Origin: the human T2T-CHM13v2.0 reference genome, Homo sapiens
DNA length: 64,000 nt
Assembly: GCF_009914755.1 (NCBI RefSeq)
Contig: NC_060928.1
Strand: one strand, 5' to 3'
The translations under genes were made by a program, and so were the position numbers. The notes below the pieces were generated by a model, which did no database searches, had not been told where the DNA came from, and saw only the letters and a list, made by a program, of their open reading frames with translations. Below, in pieces: positions 56,044 to 64,000 of this stretch (its first letter is position 1; every line of letters begins with the position of its first letter).

Positions 56044-58549
56044 TACTTTGAATGGAAAATCTCAGAGAAAGATGAGGCTGCTGATTTTTAAAAAACTAAG
56101 AAACACTAAAGTGTTTGGATTTTATCTAAGGGGAATGAGAAGCATTACAAAATTTTAAGCAAGGAAGGGGATGGTGCTTTTTGTATTTTAGAGACATCCT
56201 TCGGCTGCATTATAGAAACAAATGTACAGGAGATAGACCTGCAGCAGGAAGTTGGAAGCCATTGCTGTCAATTAGAAGCTGTTGTGTTAATCTAGACAGG
56301 AGATGATGGGGCTTTGATCACAGAAGTGGCAGTAAGGGGACATAGATTTCTCTCTTAGAGGTATAACCAGTAGGGCTTTAAAAATTAATTTGATATAGGC
56401 CCTTAAAAAGAGGACAAAACATAAATGCACCCAGGTTTCTGGCTTCTACAATTGGGTGGTGGTACCTTCCAATCTTTGATTCAAAAAATATTTACTAAAC
56501 ACTGACTATGAATTAGCAACCATATAGGCACTGGGGATGTGGCTGTCCGACAACACATTAAGTCCTAAATTAATGGAATACAAAATTAAATATGCAACAT
56601 GCCCGGTAACAGTATGTCTTCTGGAAGAAAGTAACAGAAGATAAGTGGGGTGAGAGTGCTGGAGCAGTCAAGGAGGACGCTGCTAATGAATATCATTTGA
56701 ACAGAGACATGAAAAGAGGGAGACGCACAGAAAGATGGGGGCATACGCAGAAGGCTGAGCAAGTGCAAAGGCCCCTCAGGCTTGTTATGTTTGAGGAACA
56801 GCAAAAAGATTGGCCTGGCATAGGACAGTAAACCAGGAGGGTAAGCAGTAAAAGAAACATAGAGATGAGCTGGGGATCTTGGCATGATGAGCTAGCTGCT
56901 TGACCACCTACTGTTTCACCAACCATCAAGGTATTCAGGTGTATGCTGAAGGCCAACTTGGTTAGAGATGCTAGTGAAATTATTCGAACATAGTACAGAT
57001 TCCTAAAATCAATGACATTAAGGCCCTTCTAGGGACTCTTAGAACTCTGAGATCCTGATTCCATTGTCCTAAATCAAGCCTTGCCTTCATTATCCCCTTT
57101 GTTCCCTGGTACATGTCGGGTGATATTAGACTTTACCGTATCCAAGTGGGAGCAGCTTTCTCTTTTAGACCCAGATAGTCATCTGGGCAGGAAAAGACCT
57201 CTAATAACTAGATGGTTTACTGTCAGGTTCCCAGGTGCCCATCAAAATTTTTTAAAGTTCTATTGATATTAGGGTTTTTAAATAATAACAATGTGATCTT
57301 TCTTGCTTAAAGTTTGACACAGTAAAAAATATATGAGTAAACCAATGTGTTATAAGAACAGGGTTAGCCTTAAGCAAAATTGAGAAGTAGGGAAATGATT
57401 ACTTTTCTTTCCTTTTGATACACTTTTTTTTCTACTTTAGGTCCCTTCTCCCACCCTTTTCTGTTATAGTCTCCCAACACAGTGCTGAAGGCTGTTTCTT
57501 CACATTTCCACCATCGCAACCCAAACCCACCTGTTAAGTTTCCTCAAGATATTGATTATTACAAAGCTAGACAATCAAATACATTCATCTGTACAATTCT
57601 GCCAACAGAAAAGGCAGCTGACCATCACCCCTCCCCTCCTGTGTCATATACACAATCTATAGTGACTTGTTTCAAATATTTTCTCGTGTGTGTGTTTGTG
57701 TATGTGAGTTGTGTGTGTGAGCATGTATTTAGGATGACATCTGAAAATTCAAGTGCCAGGTTAAACCAGCAAAGGAGATATTTGGGGCAGATAGAGTCTT
57801 ATGAAACTTTAAGCAAAGAGGAAAGAGGCTTCCACTTACGTTGTCTACGAACAGATCTGTCTCTTTGTGTAGATGCTGAATATTTTCAGTCTGTTAATAG
57901 AATCCACCATGAACCTAAAGTCAGAGAGCAGAGAGAAGAGAAAGAATTATACTTGTGTGCAAAGAAAATAGTTAAGTGATCTAAATGTGGCTCTGTACAA
58001 GGCTCCGAAACACTTTTTGGGCACCAGAAAAGTTCCCTAATAGCTATTCTGTTGGATCTTAGCTGATAGTTGCTTCATTACTTAAATAATGTTCTTACTC
58101 AGCCATCTTCAACCAATAACATCAAAATCAAACAAAATAATTATATCAATTTCAGTAGAGACAGACAGTGAGCAAGCTATTATAATTAAATTGTGTATAC
58201 ATAAGATACAAAATATCTCTCTTTGATGTGGTACTCTTTCAACCTGTTATTTTTAATGAGTTGAGCTGTTCATGTATTTATTTAATTCACGTATTTTTGT
58301 GTTTTTATGTGTGTTCCCAGAGGCCTTTAGGCGATGAATGCATTTTTAATAAATTGCATTTGAAATAAATAAATAGTGGTGGTTCATTACACTGGGACCA
58401 ACTTTTTTCATGGTAGAATTAAAATGAATGAATATTTAACACTATTATTTGAGTCAGTTGAACATGAATTTTGTGGGAGGTTTTTCCCCTTGAAAATGGT
58501 TACACTATGAAATGCTCCTCTTAAGGAGTAATTTTAAAATATTCAATAG

Positions 58550-58968
<419 letters not shown>

Positions 58969-60209
58969 TGTAGGCTTTCTTAACCAAAAATTTATTTTTT
59001 TTAATTTTGTCAAAAAATTAAAACGTACCTGAAGTGCTCACCTTGGCAAGGAATTACAATCTTCATGAGACTAAAGATACATATCTGCATTGCTAAAGAT
59101 TATGAAATTAGCCTCAATTCTTATAAAACTGTTCTACTGCCAAAGCAAAAGTTCTTGCATTCTATCGTATTTCAAGCCAATATTTATGCCTCTTATTTTT
59201 CTTCTTTGAAGAGAGAATTTTGGCATAGTTCCTGGAATAAGAATGAGGTAGATATAATGCACACTCTAAAACATTAAGATGAACTTATCTTCGACAAATG
59301 GATTCAGCATCTAAATACCAAAGATACTTTAATTGCTTATTAACAACATTTTAAATTGTCTGATGAATGCACATTGTGGAGATATTCTTAAAATCATTCT
59401 TCATAACAGAAAAATACTGTAACTGTCTACTTCAGATCATTAAAAAGGCATTAGATGTAAATTTCAAATAGGTATATCCTTTGGAACAGACCTGTTTATC
59501 ATTATGATATACACATATCTATATATATTTATTTTAATATATGTGTACACATTATACACATATATAATATAGAACATTTAGTATTAAATATGAGAAAAAT
59601 TAGAAAATGAGTCCTTTTTCTATTCAAGGACATAGTCAAGTCAGGTACAGTGGATATATCTATGTATGCAATGTTAATTTGCAATATCTTTATGATGCAT
59701 ACAAAAAAACAGTATATTTGCCATTTTAGGAAATGTAGGCATATAATTACTAGTTCTTGTGAAGTTAGGTTTTGTTCTAGAATTTTTGAACTTAGTATCC
59801 TACACTTTTTACCAGATGCTCAATTGTTTTCAAATTTCAGTCCATAAAACACACTCTTTCTTAATGATATATAGAAGTTACTGGAGTTAGCATACTTCAA
59901 GGATTTCTGGGAAGGGCCACATTTTCTTTCCCTGGAATTTTAAATTCAAGTGAATTGATGTAAACCACAGGAAAGCTATTGCTGGTTTGTCAGGGAGTCA
60001 TGGATATGTACGGGCTACCGTCTGCCTGCAGAACTATAGGCATAGATCAGTGAAGCACCAGACATTCTCTGCCTTCAAGGAACTTCTCCTTGTATGGTGA
60101 GTCTAGGCACAGGGCCTGCAACTTACATTCATTCTATGAGTACATTTGAAGGCATTGCCAGCCTTGTTGCATGAGAAAGTTGAGGGGTATGTAATGGTAA
60201 AGACAGCAA

Positions 60210-60400
60210 CAGCTGTGGAGTCAAGACAGTGCTGGCGTGAATCCTGCTCACAACCATTTTCTGTTGTGAATCCTGGACAAGGTGCTTTATCCCACTGTGC
60301 CTCAGTTCCTTTTATATAAAACGAAGATACTAGCATTATTTCACAGGGTAGATATGAATATTAAATAAAACAATACCTGTAATTGGCATTCAGTAACTAG
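60210..60400 (+). mobile_element. MIR
   Basis: TGGAGTCAAGACAGTGCTGGCGTGAATCCTGCTC...CTGTGCCTCAGTTCC...TTCACAGGG. Confidence 0.72.
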
Positions 60401-63309
60401 TAATCCCTTCCTTAATGCCTACAAGTTCTAGAAGGATGAATTCTAAAGAGTGATCAAAGTAGCTGAATAAATTTGGAAAACCTTTTTAATGTAACTGAGC
60501 TAAACAGGGACTTAAGGTATCATAGCACAGTCCTGAGAGACTCTTATATTTACAGGAAGGTGGCTAGTCAGCTCACATTGGAAAGTGTAAGGGCTTAGCC
60601 ACTCATTTTTCCTCCAGGGTTTGATGTGGTGACCAAATGCATGAGCTGAGGCCTCCTTGACAATGCCGCCATTCCTGGAACGGTTTGCAGTGTTGAGGCA
60701 GCTGAGAAAGGCTCACCTCACAGGGGACACTCTGAGTCCTATGAATTGCTATAATCTCCACAGAGAACTGAGTGGCAGTCTCACCGAAGAAGTGGTTGTT
60801 GCCAGCATTAAATGAAATAGTGCAAATAGAGTACTTACTGCTATACATGAAGTATTGAACAATACATGTTGATTGCTGTTGCTATTATTATTATTTTCCC
60901 TACAAATTATGGTAAAATCAAAACATAAAAACATGTAAGGAAGACACTTTTCACAGAATTTTTTAGAAGGGCAATGGCAATGATGTCAACTAAGACTTTC
61001 CAGAAAAGTAACAACTTAGTTTTTAAAAAACAAAAACAAACTAGTAAAAGTCAAATGAATAAGATATAGATGCATATTCTGGGCCCAGAAGCTGGCTTTA
61101 ATATTCCTACCTCCCTGAGATTTTGTGATTATTTTTGTTGTTGTTGTTCATTTGTTTGTTTGTTTCTGTGATGCCTTATCTAATCTAGAAGCTCAACAAA
61201 TGCTCTTAAATAAATGGATACTGGAATGGGGGAAAAAGGTTTCTGGAATGGAGAAGAAGGTTAGACATATCAGTCCCCTCCCCTTTCTGAGAGTTAGTTA
61301 AGTTTCATGAACTAAGTCTCTTATGCAGACAGGAAGGGAAGAAGAAAAACTGTGTTGCAACATACTGGTTTTTATGGTAGATGTTCCATTTTGATACCCA
61401 GTGTACATAAGCCACTTGTTGTAAAAAGGTTAGGCATGGGAGCAGCCATCTTTATCATAGCCCAATAGAGTAGCATTGACCACATGGCAGGTATTGTATA
61501 TTAATAACCATTCACACAGACAAATAACTTTTAAATATGGGAAACCTCTCATGGCCTTGGAAACTCTGTGTTATTATATTGGATTTTTGTGGAAAAGGAA
61601 TTCTGACATTAGTGTTACTATGACACATTTTGACGTCTGCATTTCCTTTTAAAATTTATTGAGATATGAGTATCTCCTTATATACCATTTATTTCCAATT
61701 TTGTGATATCAGAATGGACTCTCACTGCACAACAGAAACTGCCTCTGGCTGTATGCCAGTCATCTGATATTTTCTCAGCTGCTGGATGGTCTATCGATCT
61801 GGTCACCTAAGGTGAGGAAAAAAAACAAGCTCAAAAAAATTGTATTCAAAGCTCCTGTGATCATTTTTTCCCCTTTTGTGGCAGCAGGAGGGCAATGGGG
61901 GAGGGGAACTTTTTCCGTCTCACTGGGGAAAATGAGAAAATCACAGCCACACACAATTTATGTAGGTCATGCTACCAGTGAAAGGAGAATAAGTCTATGT
62001 CCATTTCCTATAAAAAGAGAGCAAAATGGGCCCACTCCAAAATTTACTCTTTTGTCTATTTCAAAAACACTTTATGAACTGAAATATCCAGCTGTTTCTA
62101 TAATGTCATATTGAAAGTAGTATTTGCCCAAATGAAAAACCTATGGAGAATAGTCAAAGATTTTACTCTACTACTAGTAAATACTTTAGGCAAATGAGGA
62201 AATTACTAGCATGGATTGCCATTCATTTTGAGTAAATCTAAAGTTATGAACTGATGGGGAAAATGAGAGCATTAGATACTTACCTAGTGCTATAATCACT
62301 AAATACATTATTTTGACATGAAATTTTATTTTGATCTATTTTAATTTGTGCCAATAAATGTCTCACCATTCTTTAGTATAAAGGCATTATTTCTCAAGTG
62401 CTAAATAATAATAGAGCTATAACAAAAACACTGAGAAAAGTTATTTTGATGGCATTTTTGTCTGTCTTAAAGCCAGCCTCCCTCCACCATTTTTTTTCTT
62501 TGTAGTAAGCTATTTTGTATAAAATAAGATTATTTTCAACCTCTTCAAATGGGATCTTCAGCTTTCTCTCAGACAAGGGGGTTGAAGGTCGTGACAGAAG
62601 ACAGTGGAGAAATATGGATGTGAGCAGAAAGCCCCAGAGGGAAATCAAAGGGGACAAAGAGCAGGAAATTAGAGGAGGCAGAAGGCGCTAAAGCAGGCAG
62701 GGAAGGGCGCAGGATTCAAGCTGATCGCACCAAAGTGGCCCAAGAGAAAAACTGTGAGACAGGGTGGGCCAAAGAGCATGGCGGGAAGGTGAAGGGTGTC
62801 ACACTGACACTCAGACTTAGAGCTGGAAGACAGATTACAAGTGGAAGCAAAGAGAACTTTTTTTTTTTTATTATTGCTTAGTACCCATTTGCCCATCACT
62901 CTTCCCAAATGGCTATTGCCCCTTTCTGCTTTACAGGAAAAATAAAGGCCATCAGGGGTCAGGAATTTCACAACATCATTCCCAACTTTCCCCCAAACCT
63001 TAAATACATCTGCGTGCCCATCAGTCCCTCCTCCTCATTGGAGATCTCTGCTGTGCTATGCACCCCGTCAGGCCCTGTCAGCCCGGAGGCTTTATTCCAG
63101 AGATCACACTATCTCTATTCCACCTTCAACCTCCCCCTCCTTGACACATTTCTTCATGCAGAAACATTGCTCAAATCTCACAAAACAACCATGGGGAAAA
63201 GAACAAAACACAGCGCAATATCCAGTGACTTGTGTATTTTTCCCCTTTCACTAGGGATCGGTTTTTTCTCCCCTTCATCGCTTAAAATGGACACTCTTGG
63301 TCGCCTCCC

Positions 63310-63795
63310 CAGCATGTTGTGATCCCTCCTTTTTACTGATGGAACTGTAATTTTGTTCAGCTCTCCACTGGACCCAACCTCAGAGGTGGATTCTCTCTAA
63401 CAGCACTTGAATTTTCTCTAGTTATTGTTATTGGACCAGGGTAGATATGTCTTTAAAGTTTGCTTTTAAAAAATGGAAGAACCCAGTGTATAGTCCATGC
63501 TGGTGTATCAGCTTCTCTCCATCTCAGCTTCTCTCCATCTCTTTCTGAAATATAAGTAAATAAAACCTTGTTCCTATAATCTGCCTTCAAGCCATTAGAG
63601 AATCAGTTTTAGGATGAGGCTTGGTGAAGAGGGCAAAGCTCAAAGAGAAATGCCCTGGTTACACTGAAATGCTGAATTAAGTAATGCCAGAGCCTACATT
63701 GCCTCTAAATTCCTGTTAGGTAACATCATAACTCTCCTCATCCAAAAGCTATTTTGAGCTGGATTTCTGTTGGTTTCATCACAAACCATCCCAAT
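63310..63795 (+). mobile_element. Old MLT1 (MLT1K/L-like) LTR
   Basis: ATTTTGTTCAGCT...TAGGATGAGGC...GCTGAATTAAG...GCTATTTTGAGCTGGATTTCTGTTG gives a diverged MLT1-type match. Confidence 0.5.
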
Positions 63796-64000
63796 TTAAA
63801 TGTAGCTCTAGTGGACCACAATATTCACTTTTATTCAATCTCCTGCCCATTCCAAACTTCACCTCTTCACCAAAACTCCAGAAAAAACCCCAGTTCTGGC
63901 TAAGATCACCAGGGAATTTTTGCTAACTCCCAGGTGGGGTATTTTCTCCTTCTATTAATTTCTCAACACTCCTTACTTCTTGAAATACTGCTTTCCTTTG

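Larger units (their letters stand above)
55065..56880 (-). mobile_element. L2 remnants interrupted by MSTB and Tigger3a
   Basis: Antisense L2 tail TTCAACATTTGTATTGA...TTTACTGTATGCTGGG, continuing at ~55600-55700 and ~56090-56470; a second L2 tail begins near 56480. Confidence 0.55.

Noticed and set aside
62909-63322. 137-aa ORF
   Set aside because: No recognisable homology; its length is compatible with chance in a locally GC-richer segment.

Overview
This is human (or very closely related hominid) nuclear DNA. It is AT-rich, CpG-depleted and dense in interspersed repeats, with no CpG island and no recognisable protein-coding gene, RNA gene or CRISPR array. The species call rests on a near-consensus AluYa5 at 58.66-58.97 kb. 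Main contents: the 5' UTR of an L1PA7/8-like element (1-1273); a full-length decayed L1PB with an intact 13-bp TSD (9933-16340); a long 3'-truncated L1M/L1MA carrying nested Alu and MSTA insertions (36137-43058); a MER52 solo LTR; several MaLR/ERVL LTRs; Tigger2, Tigger3a and MER3 DNA-transposon relics; about 12 Alus; L2/MIR remnants; and microsatellites. Almost all ORFs in the track are repeat-derived or chance. I found no evidence for a novel biological system. The most notable items are a probably polymorphic AluYa5, an open 72-codon ORF at the L1 ORF0 position, an Alu carrying a 141-bp chimeric insert without a TSD, a perfect 31-bp duplication inside an old LTR, a compact enhancer-like motif cluster near 23.0-23.1 kb, and the minus-strand orientation of all substantial L1s. 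Subfamily names come from remembered consensus sequences and need RepeatMasker/Dfam confirmation. Boundaries without a TSD are approximate.
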